Positions 17,096 through 25,577 of a DNA stretch of 26,110 nucleotides are shown here, one piece after another (the stretch's first letter is position 1; every line of letters starts with the position of its first letter). Below the pieces are notes generated by a model. That model saw nothing but the letters and a program-made list of their open reading frames with translations, had not been told where the DNA came from and ran no database searches. A program made the translations under genes and the position numbers. The DNA comes from an archaeon (GTDB taxonomy: Archaea > Iainarchaeota > Iainarchaeia > Iainarchaeales > Iainarchaeaceae), in contig DATDXA010000014.1 in assembly GCA_035289485.1 (NCBI GenBank), positions 1-26,110 on the forward strand, written 5' to 3'.

Positions 17096-17670
17096 TTTTT
17101 TACCGCCCCAAGCGCTTTTTCAAAAACTTTTTTCTGTGAGAGCGCATCCGAGTCCACAACCAAATCGAAACGGCCCAAATCTTCTCCCATGCTGAATTGG
17201 TATAACCTTTGATATAATTCTTTTGTTTGCGCATCGCGCGACTTTATTTTGGCGAGGACTTCGTCAAAATCTAGCTGGTCCCTTTCGCACACCCTTTTTG
17301 CGCGAACTTCGGCAGAAGCATGCAGCCAGATGCGAAAAGCCTTCCCCTTGTACAAATATGGCATTGTCCAGGAATCCATTATCACATTTCCCGCGTCCGC
17401 GATTTTTTCAAGCTTCTCATCAAGCGCAATGTCAAGCGAGCCGTCCTTTTGCCGCTGCTTCATGAATTTCTTTGCCTCATCGCTCTCCCACCAGTCATGG
17501 ATTTTCTGAGGGGACGCGTCCATAAGCGCTTTCACTCCCTTGGTTGCCATCTCGCGCAAAATGGAAGAGGCGTGTATAACTTTCATTCCAAGCTCTTTTC
17601 CGAGCGCGTCAGCTAGAGAGCTCTTTCCTGAGCCCGCAAAACCGGAGACCATTATCAATTTGGCAGCCAT
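17083..17670 (-). CDS. cmk: Cytidylate kinase (archaeal type)
   Basis: VSGFAGSGKS P-loop, DIALD, IWLHASAEVRAKRV..RD and Y..LY...FDLVVDS motifs; overlaps the KaiC-like gene start. Confidence 0.85.
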   Translation of the reverse strand: MAAKLIMVSGFAGSGKSSLADALGKELGMKVIHASSILREMATKGVKALMDASPQKIHDWWESDEAKKFMKQRQKDGSLDIALDEKLEKIADAGNVIMDSWTMPYLYKGKAFRIWLHASAEVRAKRVCERDQLDFDEVLAKIKSRDAQTKELYQRLYQFSMGEDLGRFDLVVDSDALSQKKVFEKALGAVKKWKG

Positions 17671-17733
17671 TCAAACTGCAAAAAATAGGGAAAAAGTGTT
17701 TAAGAAGGTTGGGGGAAGTTTAATTTCAACTTT

Positions 17734-18396
17734 TCATTGCCCCAATATAGATTTTATTATTTCTGAACTAAAAGCATATCCTGTGACAATATTATTTAGC
17801 CCATTTTTGGCATTCACCGCAATAACAACATTAAACGGAAGAAGCGGAAGTTTATTTGCTTTGATTTCTTCTGGTGAAAGTTTAGCCGCACCAAATGCAT
17901 TGAGTGTATCCTGCCGTGAAACACTTTTTTCAACGTCATTTGTCACCGCATTTGTTTGCAAACATCTTCTTGTAATTTCATTAATTATTCTTGCTGCTTC
18001 AGCTTTTGGGTTTCGCGCTCCCAATTGGCCAAGCTTATCAATTAAAGGCTGAGGGCTTGGGTCGTTATAATCCAAAGATTTTGAAAGGGCGTCATGGCAT
18101 TGTTCAAACCCATGAAAAAGATAGCTTTCTACACCTTTCTTAATTTCGGCATACAGCTCCGGCCTTGTGTATATAGCTGAAAAGCCCATCTTGTCCATCT
18201 TTGGGTCATAGTAAACATGTTTCCTAGAAAACAGCTCTTTGAAAAATGAATAAGCGCCTGATGCTGTGTTAAACTTTGGAAAAGTGGCAGCTGAAACTTT
18301 TCTCAGGCCGGGCCTTTTAGGCATTGCCCTAATGACCCTTCTTCTTTTGCCAAGGGCGTTGCGCTTAACACTTTTGGAGAATCTAAGTATTGCCAT
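17734..18396 (-). CDS. Hypothetical protein with a very basic N-terminus
   Basis: 220-aa AT-rich ORF; minus-strand TTTAAATA at 18418-18425 positions a leaderless start at ATG 18396. Confidence 0.7.
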   Translation of the reverse strand: MAILRFSKSVKRNALGKRRRVIRAMPKRPGLRKVSAATFPKFNTASGAYSFFKELFSRKHVYYDPKMDKMGFSAIYTRPELYAEIKKGVESYLFHGFEQCHDALSKSLDYNDPSPQPLIDKLGQLGARNPKAEAARIINEITRRCLQTNAVTNDVEKSVSRQDTLNAFGAAKLSPEEIKANKLPLLPFNVVIAVNAKNGLNNIVTGYAFSSEIIKSILGQ

Positions 18397-18446
18397 GTAA
18401 CTAGTAACATTTCCAAATATTTAAATGAAGCATTTTAGGAGTAGGC

Positions 18447-19184
18447 TCAATAAGTGTTTTCTTTCCGGGGAAACTTCCCCTTCCGCACATCTTTTGCATA
18501 TTTTTTCAGCGCCGCAACCGCATCCTTTTTCAGGTTCGCATATTTCTTCAAAAATTGCGGCTTAAAATTCTCATCCGCATTCAGCCCCAAAATATCGTGA
18601 AACACCAGAACCTGCCCGTCAACATATCTTCCGGCGCCGATTCCAATCACAGGAATTTTGAGTTCTTCTGCGATTTTCTTCGCGATTTTTTCAGGCACCA
18701 ATTCCAAAACAAGCCACCTGCACCCGGCACGCTCAAGGTTTTGCGCTGCGAGCAGCAATTTTTGCGCTTCGCGCTCTTCACGCCCGCGCACTTTCGGCTT
18801 TCTGTCCGTTTGTGGCAAATACCCAAGATGCCCCATCACTTTGATGCGGCTGCGCGCGAGCTTTTGCACAATTGAAATTTTCTCTCCCTCAAATTTCACT
18901 GCGTCCGCTCCCGCACGCAGGAATTTTTTTGCATTCTTGAGCGCAATTGCAGGAGTTGAGAATGATTTGTATGGCATGTCCGCAACAACAAGCGCATTAG
19001 TTTTTGCGCGCGCAACAGATTTCACGTGCACAAGCATCTCTTCCATTCCGATTCCGCGCGTGCTCTTCATGCCGTGCACAACATTTGCGGCGCTGTCGCC
19101 CACAAGGATGATGTCAACTCCGGCATCATCCGCGATGCGCGCGGATGGGAAGTCGTATGCGGTTAGCATTACTATTTTTTTCAC
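18447..19184 (-). CDS. panB: 3-methyl-2-oxobutanoate hydroxymethyltransferase
   Basis: MLTAYD, ILVGDS, VADMP, AVKFEG, GHLG..PQ, LVLE and IGIGAG..VDGQVLV.HD motifs; GTG start overlaps the upstream stop (GTGA). Confidence 0.96.
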   Translation of the reverse strand: MKKIVMLTAYDFPSARIADDAGVDIILVGDSAANVVHGMKSTRGIGMEEMLVHVKSVARAKTNALVVADMPYKSFSTPAIALKNAKKFLRAGADAVKFEGEKISIVQKLARSRIKVMGHLGYLPQTDRKPKVRGREEREAQKLLLAAQNLERAGCRWLVLELVPEKIAKKIAEELKIPVIGIGAGRYVDGQVLVFHDILGLNADENFKPQFLKKYANLKKDAVAALKKYAKDVRKGKFPRKENTY

Positions 19185-19831
19185 GGCCTATTCACCACAC
19201 TCAAACTGGATTTCATCAGTTGAATCCCGCCAGACCACCGCATGCTAACGGATGCAAATGCGGAAGTTACAAGGTGCAAAACCAGTTCATCTTCGGGGAG
19301 ATTTCTAGCCGGCATGACCGCGCGAAATCCAATTTTGGCACTGTCGCCATACCTGCTTTTTGAAAGCAGTTCAAGTTTTTTCGTGCACGCTTTTGATGCC
19401 TCCGAAAGCTCAATAGCCCGATTTTCCATATACTGGATTTTTTTGGCGGCCAGCGGATCGGATAATAGCACACCGCCCAAGCCAAGAAAACCTTTTTTCT
19501 TGAACACTTTGTTTAGCAGTTTCATATACCCGCGCTCAGGAAGAATTGCCATGCGTACGCTCTCATTTATCGCTTGTTGTATTGCGGGAGTTTTTGAGTA
19601 AATATCAATTGCGTTTACATTTTGCATGTAAGGATGCGTCTCAAGTAGTCGTGCGCAGAATCTTTCCATCCCATCAGGGGTCAAAATTCGTTTTGAAAGC
19701 GCTTCCGTAGTTGGCACTTTCATCGGGCGCCTAATGCCGCCCCTTGGCCTTTGCGAATACACAACAGTGCGCCCTTTGCGAAAGCTTTTGGAAGTTCCGC
19801 CCCCTCTTGGCATAGTGCGTGGAGTAACCAT
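19181..19831 (-). CDS. Hypothetical protein with an Arg-rich N-terminus, translationally coupled to panB
   Basis: ATG 19831 lies 25 nt from a minus-strand TATTTAAG; its stop overlaps the panB start. Confidence 0.65.
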   Translation of the reverse strand: MVTPRTMPRGGGTSKSFRKGRTVVYSQRPRGGIRRPMKVPTTEALSKRILTPDGMERFCARLLETHPYMQNVNAIDIYSKTPAIQQAINESVRMAILPERGYMKLLNKVFKKKGFLGLGGVLLSDPLAAKKIQYMENRAIELSEASKACTKKLELLSKSRYGDSAKIGFRAVMPARNLPEDELVLHLVTSAFASVSMRWSGGIQLMKSSLSVVNRP

Positions 19832-19896
19832 AATTAGTAAATTGCCCGAACCAATACTTAAATAATCCTTTTTCATGCCCATTTGTAGGTGCAATA

Positions 19897-20814
19897 ATGG
19901 AGAAAACAGAGCTTATCTGGATGAATGGCAAGATGGTGGATTGGGAAAAGGCCCAGATACACATCCTCACGCACACTTTGCACTACGGCACAGGCATTTT
20001 CGAAGGAATTAGATGTTATAACACTTCGAGGGGCCCCGCGATTTTCCGCCTCAAAGACCACATAAAAAGGCTCATGGATTCTGCGCACATAATGCAGATG
20101 AAAACTCAGTACAGGCATGCGGATTATGAAAAGGCGTGCAAGGATATTGTTTCAAAGAACAAATTGAAGGAGTGCTACATCCGGCCTTTGATTTATTTTG
20201 GCTATGGAAAAATGGGCCTTGCAACGAATGGAGTGATTGTTGATTCAGCGGTTGCTGCATGGCCATGGGGTTCCTACCTTGGAGAAGAGGGGATAAAGAA
20301 CGGGATACGCGTGAAGATTTCCTCATACGCGCGCCACCATGTGAACGCGATGATGTCAAAAGCCAAAACTGCTGGAAATTATGTGAACAGCACAATGGCG
20401 AAAATGGAGGCGCTCAATTCAGGATATGAGGAGGCGATAATGCTTGATGGGCACGGCTATGTTGCGGAAGCCACTGGAGAAAATATTTTCATTGTGCGCG
20501 AGGGCGAACTAATAACCCCGCCGACCACGAATGCTTTGGAGGGAATCACGCGCAAATCTATAATCCAGATTGCAAAGGACAGCGGCATCAAGGTGCGCGA
20601 AGAGCTTTTCACAAAAGACCAGCTCTACATTTCAGATGAGTGCTTCCTTACAGGGACTGCGGCAGAAGTTACTCCAATCCGAGAAGTTGACAACCGCCAA
20701 ATAGGGACTGGAAAACCGGGGCCAATTACAAAGAAACTGCAGGCCAAGTACTTTGCTGTGATTCATGGAAAGGTGGGCAAGTACAAGAAGTGGCTTGATT
20801 ATGTGCATAAGTGA
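19897..20814 (+). CDS. ilvE: Branched-chain amino acid aminotransferase (PLP fold type IV)
   Basis: [29 protein letters not shown] (PLP Lys), [14 protein letters not shown] and [12 protein letters not shown] motifs. Confidence 0.97.
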   Translation: MEKTELIWMNGKMVDWEKAQIHILTHTLHYGTGIFEGIRCYNTSRGPAIFRLKDHIKRLMDSAHIMQMKTQYRHADYEKACKDIVSKNKLKECYIRPLIYFGYGKMGLATNGVIVDSAVAAWPWGSYLGEEGIKNGIRVKISSYARHHVNAMMSKAKTAGNYVNSTMAKMEALNSGYEEAIMLDGHGYVAEATGENIFIVREGELITPPTTNALEGITRKSIIQIAKDSGIKVREELFTKDQLYISDECFLTGTAAEVTPIREVDNRQIGTGKPGPITKKLQAKYFAVIHGKVGKYKKWLDYVHK

Positions 20815-20845
20815 GTTGCACTAATCACAAGGCAGAATCCAAAAG

Positions 20846-20873
20846 TTCGGCTTTCGCCGAAACCTATTTAAAA
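20846..20873 (+). promoter_or_regulatory. Hairpin after ilvE, overlapping the BRE/TATA promoter of the leuA leader
   Basis: TTCGGC-TTTC-GCCGAA hairpin (20846-20861); CGAAA BRE-like element, then TATTTAAAA (20865-20873) about 25 nt upstream of ATG 20895. Confidence 0.6.
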
Positions 20874-20894
20874 TCCTATAAACATAATCTAAGC

Positions 20895-20960
20895 ATGATT
20901 TCAGGCAATTCAAGCGCATTGGCAGTTGCACTGCTTCTTGTCCTTGGGCTGCCAGCATAA
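20895..20960 (+). CDS. Putative leu/ilv leader peptide MISGNSSALAVALLLVLGLPA
   Basis: 21 codons containing 6 Leu, 2 Val and 1 Ile, with a CTG-CTT-CTT-GTC-CTT run. It sits at a leaderless-start distance from the TATA box, upstream of leuA-ilvB-ilvN. Confidence 0.7.
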   Translation: MISGNSSALAVALLLVLGLPA

Positions 20961-21145
20961 GCACTCCGCCAAATTTTGCGGCTTCTGGAGTGCGAAACAA
21001 AAAGCTTCAGAAGTCCTTCTATCGGAGGGCAATTTAGGGGAAAACTGAAGGGATAAAATGGCAACGAAGCGCGTTCCGAGTTGCGATTCGGAAGCACGCG
21101 GACTTTGGTGCCTGCGGCACCAAGAGGCATGAAAGGCGATTTGAA
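20961..21145 (+). promoter_or_regulatory. Structured attenuator-like 5' leader of leuA
   Basis: Competing helices 20961-67/20987-93, 20980-91/21004-15 and 21005-10/21045-50; further hairpins at 21074-21093 and 21105-21123; AAGGCGA RBS-like site at 21133-21139. Confidence 0.6.
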
Positions 21146-22696
21146 ATGGCAAAAAAGCGTGTAATAAAGATTTTCGACACAACCCTGCGCGACGGCGAGC
21201 AGAGCCCCGGAGCGACGCTTACGCACAACGAAAAAATTTTAATAGCGCAGCAGCTTGAGAGGCTCAATGTTGACATCATTGAGGCGGGCTTTCCGGTTGC
21301 GAGCAATGATGATTTCACTGCGGTTAAGGAAATTGCGCAGAAAGTGCGCAAGCCAACTATCTGCGCCCTTGCTCGCTGCAAAAAAGACGACATAGACCGT
21401 GCCGCCGCCGCAATCGAGCCCGCGCGCAGGGGACGGATTCATGTTTTCCTTGCAACATCTCCTATTCACATGAAATACAAGCTGCAGATGACCCCCTCAC
21501 AGGTGATAGCGCAGGCGGGAGAGTGGGTAGCGTATGCAAAGCAGTTCACAACTGATGTTGAGTTTTCTCCAGAAGACGCCGGAAGAAGCGAACCTAAGTT
21601 TCTTCACAAAGTGCTTGCAAAAGTGATTGATGCGGGGGCAACAACCCTTAATATTCCGGATACGGTTGGGTACACGCAGCCGCACGAATTTGGGTCCCTG
21701 ATAAAAGGAATTATTGAACACACGCCCAATTACACCCCTGCTGTAACAATTTCCGCGCACTGCCATGATGATTTGGGGCTTGCGGTGGCAAACAGCCTTG
21801 CCGCAGTTGCAAATGGCGCAGGGCAGGTTGAAGGAACAATAAATGGAATCGGCGAGCGCGCGGGGAACGCATCGCTTGAGGAGGTTGTGATGAATCTTCA
21901 TGCGCGCGAGAAGTTTTTCAATGCGCGAACGCGCATAAGGCTTGCGCAGATTTACAACACGAGCAGGATGGTTTCAAATTTCACATCAATTCCTGTGCAG
22001 CCCAATAAGGCGATTGTTGGAAAGAATGCGTTCGCACACGAGGCCGGGATTCACCAGCACGGAATTCTCGCGAATAGAAAAGTCTATGAGATAATGAACC
22101 CAAAAACAATTGGAAAAGAAACCGAGCTTGTGATTGGAAAGCACTCGGGGAAAGCGGCGGTTGCGGACTTTTTGAAGGCGAAAGGGTTTGCGCCAAGTTT
22201 TGATGAGCTCGCGGAAATCACCTCAAAAATCAAGGAGCTTGCGGACAAGAAAAAGAAGGTTTTCAGCGAGGACATCCTCGCAATTGCGCGAAGAGTAACT
22301 AAATCCACGGCTGAAGAAATGGCGATTGTTAAGCTTGATGATTTGCAGATAACAACCGGAAACAAGCTAAAGCCCGTGGCGGTTGTAAAACTTATAGTGC
22401 ATGGAGTAGAAGTTACGGGAACTTCTACTGGAGTTGGGCCGATTGATGCGGTTTCAAAGGCAATCCAGCAGGCGCTTGGAAATCAATTTGTTCTAAGCGA
22501 TTACAGCCTGCGGACAAACACGGGCGGCACCGATGCGCTTGCGGATGTTTCGATTTCAATTACAAGCAAAAACGGGCAGCAGTTTTCGGGCGAAGCGCTA
22601 AATGAGGACATCACAATGGCTTCTGCCGAGGCGCTTCTAAAATGCATTAATAAATTAATGGAAGAGGAATATAGGAAAGGAGTGGGATCAAAATAA
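21146..22696 (+). CDS. leuA: 2-isopropylmalate synthase (DRE-TIM metallolyase with C-terminal regulatory domain)
   Basis: [62 protein letters not shown] and GVGPIDA motifs. Citramalate synthase activity cannot be excluded from sequence alone. Confidence 0.92.
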   Translation: MAKKRVIKIFDTTLRDGEQSPGATLTHNEKILIAQQLERLNVDIIEAGFPVASNDDFTAVKEIAQKVRKPTICALARCKKDDIDRAAAAIEPARRGRIHVFLATSPIHMKYKLQMTPSQVIAQAGEWVAYAKQFTTDVEFSPEDAGRSEPKFLHKVLAKVIDAGATTLNIPDTVGYTQPHEFGSLIKGIIEHTPNYTPAVTISAHCHDDLGLAVANSLAAVANGAGQVEGTINGIGERAGNASLEEVVMNLHAREKFFNARTRIRLAQIYNTSRMVSNFTSIPVQPNKAIVGKNAFAHEAGIHQHGILANRKVYEIMNPKTIGKETELVIGKHSGKAAVADFLKAKGFAPSFDELAEITSKIKELADKKKKVFSEDILAIARRVTKSTAEEMAIVKLDDLQITTGNKLKPVAVVKLIVHGVEVTGTSTGVGPIDAVSKAIQQALGNQFVLSDYSLRTNTGGTDALADVSISITSKNGQQFSGEALNEDITMASAEALLKCINKLMEEEYRKGVGSK

Positions 22697-24384
22697 AGGG
22701 TGCTCGGGCTTTTTTGGAGGCGCTTAAGCGCAACGGTGTTCGCCACATGTTTGGGATACCCGGAGGAGTCGTAATCCCGCTTTATGATGAAATTTATCAT
22801 GAAAAGCACTTCAAGCACATACTCGTGCGCCACGAGCAGGGCGGCGCGCATATGGCCGAGGGGTATGCAAAAGCATCAGGAACCGTGGGCACTTGCCTTG
22901 GAACATCTGGGCCTGGCGCCACAAATCTTGTAACTGGAATTGCCGATGCGTTCATGGATTCAATTCCAATTGTTGCAATCGGAGGGCAGGTAACAACTTC
23001 CCTTATTGGAAAGGATGCTTTTCAGGAAGCGGACCTTATGGGAATCACAACGCCCATTACAAAGCACAATTTCCAGATTACCGACCCCAATGAAATTGAT
23101 ACAATTGTTGATTCGGCCTACCACATAGCGGCAACTAATAGGCCTGGGCCAGTTTATGTCGAGATTCCAAAAGATGTGCAGCAAAAGGAAGTGACTGCGC
23201 CAAAGGAAATAAAGCTCAAAGGATACAAGGTGCTCAGCGGTTTTGACAAGGAAGCGGCAAATGAAGCATGCAAGATGCTTCTTGGGGCGCAGCGGCCAGT
23301 GATTTTGGTCGGCGGAGGGGCGGTATATGCGGATTGCGCAAATGAGCTGCGCGTTCTCGCTGAAACCTGCATGATAATGGTTGCAAGCACTCTGCATGGA
23401 AAGGGAATTTTTGATGAGAGGCACCCGCTCTCGCTTGGAATGACCGGAATGCACGGCCAGCCGCCTGCGGTTTATGCGATACAGCGCTGCGATGTGCTCT
23501 TTACAATTGGGATACGCTTTGATGACCGTGTCACCGGTAGGCTTGATGGATTCGCGCCCGAAGCGAAAGTGATTCACATTGAAATTGATGCGAGCGAAAT
23601 TCACAAGAACCGCAAAACAGAGCTCGGGATTTTGGGGAATGCAAAAGAAGTGCTCACCTACATGGCGGAAACCGTAAAAAAGATGCAGTGGAAGAGCAAA
23701 GAGTGGAATGAAAAGCTGCATGCAATGCAGCGCGAATACGCCGAGGACATAAATATTGACGCGTCCCCGATTGACCCGCGCAGATTGATGTTTGAGCTTG
23801 GGAAAGTTTTCACCGAGGATACGATTGTTACAACAGGAGTTGGTGAGCACCAGATGGATGTTGCGCACTTCATAAAATTTTCCAAGCCGCGCAAGTTCAT
23901 AACTTCAGGCGGGCTTGGCACAATGGGTTTTGGAATACCTTCCGCAATCGGGGCGAAGGTTGCAATGCCAAATAACCCCGTGTTCAATGTGGATGGAGAT
24001 GGGAGCTTTGCAATGACGGTGCAGGAGCTTGCAACCGCGAAAGTGAACAACATCAAGGTTGTGAATGTGATTATGAACAATGCTTATTTGGGCATGGTGC
24101 GCGCGTGGAACGACATGTTCTATGAGGGCAGGCGCTCGCAGGTCTGGCTTGGCAAGATTCCTGATTTCCAAAAACTTGCCGAGGCTTACGGGCTTTTGGG
24201 GATTAGCGTTGAGAGGCCCTCTGAGATTGCGGATGCGCTGCAACTTGCAATGAAAAATGAGGAATCGAGCGTTCTTAATGTGCATGTGAACAACGAGGCG
24301 ATAGTGCTGCCTATTGTTCCGGCTGGGGCGTCAAATAGTGAGATGAAGGGCGCGCGGATACCTAAGGATTATTTCACGAAATGA
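22693..24384 (+). CDS. ilvB: Acetolactate synthase large subunit (start probably ATA 22693; the track start is TTG 22714)
   Basis: FGIPGG, RHEQGGAHMAEGYA, TSGPGATN, FQEAD, RFDDRVTG, SGGLGTMGFG and GDGSF...NN ThDP motif. Homology appears to extend upstream to (I)[10 protein letters not shown]. Confidence 0.96.
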   Translation: MKGARAFLEALKRNGVRHMFGIPGGVVIPLYDEIYHEKHFKHILVRHEQGGAHMAEGYAKASGTVGTCLGTSGPGATNLVTGIADAFMDSIPIVAIGGQVTTSLIGKDAFQEADLMGITTPITKHNFQITDPNEIDTIVDSAYHIAATNRPGPVYVEIPKDVQQKEVTAPKEIKLKGYKVLSGFDKEAANEACKMLLGAQRPVILVGGGAVYADCANELRVLAETCMIMVASTLHGKGIFDERHPLSLGMTGMHGQPPAVYAIQRCDVLFTIGIRFDDRVTGRLDGFAPEAKVIHIEIDASEIHKNRKTELGILGNAKEVLTYMAETVKKMQWKSKEWNEKLHAMQREYAEDINIDASPIDPRRLMFELGKVFTEDTIVTTGVGEHQMDVAHFIKFSKPRKFITSGGLGTMGFGIPSAIGAKVAMPNNPVFNVDGDGSFAMTVQELATAKVNNIKVVNVIMNNAYLGMVRAWNDMFYEGRRSQVWLGKIPDFQKLAEAYGLLGISVERPSEIADALQLAMKNEESSVLNVHVNNEAIVLPIVPAGASNSEMKGARIPKDYFTK

Positions 24385-24452
24385 GAGTTTGTTGAATTGA
24401 AAAGCGGAAAATGAAAATTGAATTGAAAAATGATGGAACTTGGTGTGATTTT

Positions 24453-24911
24453 GTGGAAAAATTCTTTCTAAGGCTGATTGTTGAGCAAAGAAAGGGCGTG
24501 ATGGCGCGCATTGCAACCCTTCTTGCGCGCAAGGGTTACATCATAGGCTCGATTTGCGTTGGAAAGCATATCGAAGAGGGCGAGGCAAGCATTGTACTTA
24601 CGCTGCGCGGTGAAGAGGCCGAGGTCAAGAACGCAAAGGATTTGCTTGGAAAACTAATCCATGTGATAAGCATTGAAATGTATCATGAGAGCGATGCTGT
24701 GGAAAGGGAACTGTGCCTTCTAAAGGTTGAAAAGGGCGAGGACTTGAAGGCGAAACTTTCAGGGTTTGATTTTAAGGTTGTAAAAGAGGGCAAGGATTTT
24801 GCGGTCGTGGAAATAATTGATTATCCTGCAAGAATTGAGGAACTTGTGGCGCTTGCAAGGAAGAATTTCAAGGTTCTGGACATTTCGCGTTCCGGAGCGA
24901 ATGCGATTTGA
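24453..24911 (+). CDS. ilvN: Acetolactate synthase small (regulatory ACT) subunit, divergent
   Basis: GVMARIATLLARKGY.I.S, KLIHVI, VERELCLLKV and ISRSG motifs. GTG 24453 follows a GGTGTGA RBS (alternative ATG at 24411). Confidence 0.85.
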   Translation: MEKFFLRLIVEQRKGVMARIATLLARKGYIIGSICVGKHIEEGEASIVLTLRGEEAEVKNAKDLLGKLIHVISIEMYHESDAVERELCLLKVEKGEDLKAKLSGFDFKVVKEGKDFAVVEIIDYPARIEELVALARKNFKVLDISRSGANAI

Positions 24912-24914
24912 AGT

Positions 24915-25505
24915 TCACCTATAATCGTAAGGCAGATAAAATACCCACCTGCCTTTTGATGGCCTTTGAGGATTTGTGTTTCCGGTTGTCATGATATCAA
25001 GAAATTGCGGAGGAGGGCCACCGTGAGCGCTATTTGAAAGCAGGCCATTTGAATCAATCGACAAAAAATTTCTTTCCATCTGTTGCTCTGCCAACAGAAA
25101 ATTTTCACGAACTGATTGGGGGAGTTCATATATCTCGATGGGCTTTATTCTTGACATTACAAGATATTTTCCGATTCTGCCATGAACTTTTATGGACTTC
25201 AAAATATATCGACCAGATTTTAATGATCCGGCTCTTACTGCCCGTTGATGCAAGAGAAAATCCCGCCTAAGCCGTTTATAGTAAAAACCATGGTCTGCTT
25301 GCCGTTGAGTATCTTTTATCGCCAATTCAAGTGGGCCAAAACGCAATAGCCTCACCCTTCCGGATACATCCAAAACAGGGAGACTTCCAAAAAATTTTGC
25401 CGAAAGCCTTGAATTAAGGAAGTTTATGGCAGTCTCAGGAGTGAATTTTACGGGCTTAATCGCTGCACTACGAACTGATTTGCGCCTCAAAAGCTTTCTT
25501 TGCAT
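24915..25505 (-). CDS. Hypothetical protein, basic N-terminus, possible degenerate kinase-like fold
   Basis: Antisense ORF between ilvN and ilvC; leaderless ATG 25505 about 25 nt from TTAAATA; LAIK, YLVMSRI and HGG...DIM segments. Confidence 0.6.
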   Translation of the reverse strand: MQRKLLRRKSVRSAAIKPVKFTPETAINFLNSRLSAKFFGSLPVLDVSGRVRLLRFGPLELAIKDTQRQADHGFYYKRLRRDFLLHQRAVRAGSLKSGRYILKSIKVHGRIGKYLVMSRIKPIEIYELPQSVRENFLLAEQQMERNFLSIDSNGLLSNSAHGGPPPQFLDIMTTGNTNPQRPSKGRWVFYLPYDYR

Positions 25506-25577
25506 ATTCAATCCATCCAAAGGTACTTATTTAATTCTTATTAAGTTGATTTATTCTATACTATTTGGGGGTTTTTG

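Noticed and set aside
18658..19248. 196-aa plus-strand ORF
   Set aside because: Antisense shadow of panB.
20876..21226. Minus-strand ORFs (116 aa and 90 aa) spanning the leuA leader
   Set aside because: They overlap the leuA start antisense and have no protein-like motifs. The region is better explained by the plus-strand leader peptide and RNA structure.
22960..23868. 302-aa minus-strand ORF
   Set aside because: Lies entirely antisense within ilvB and has no recognisable motifs.
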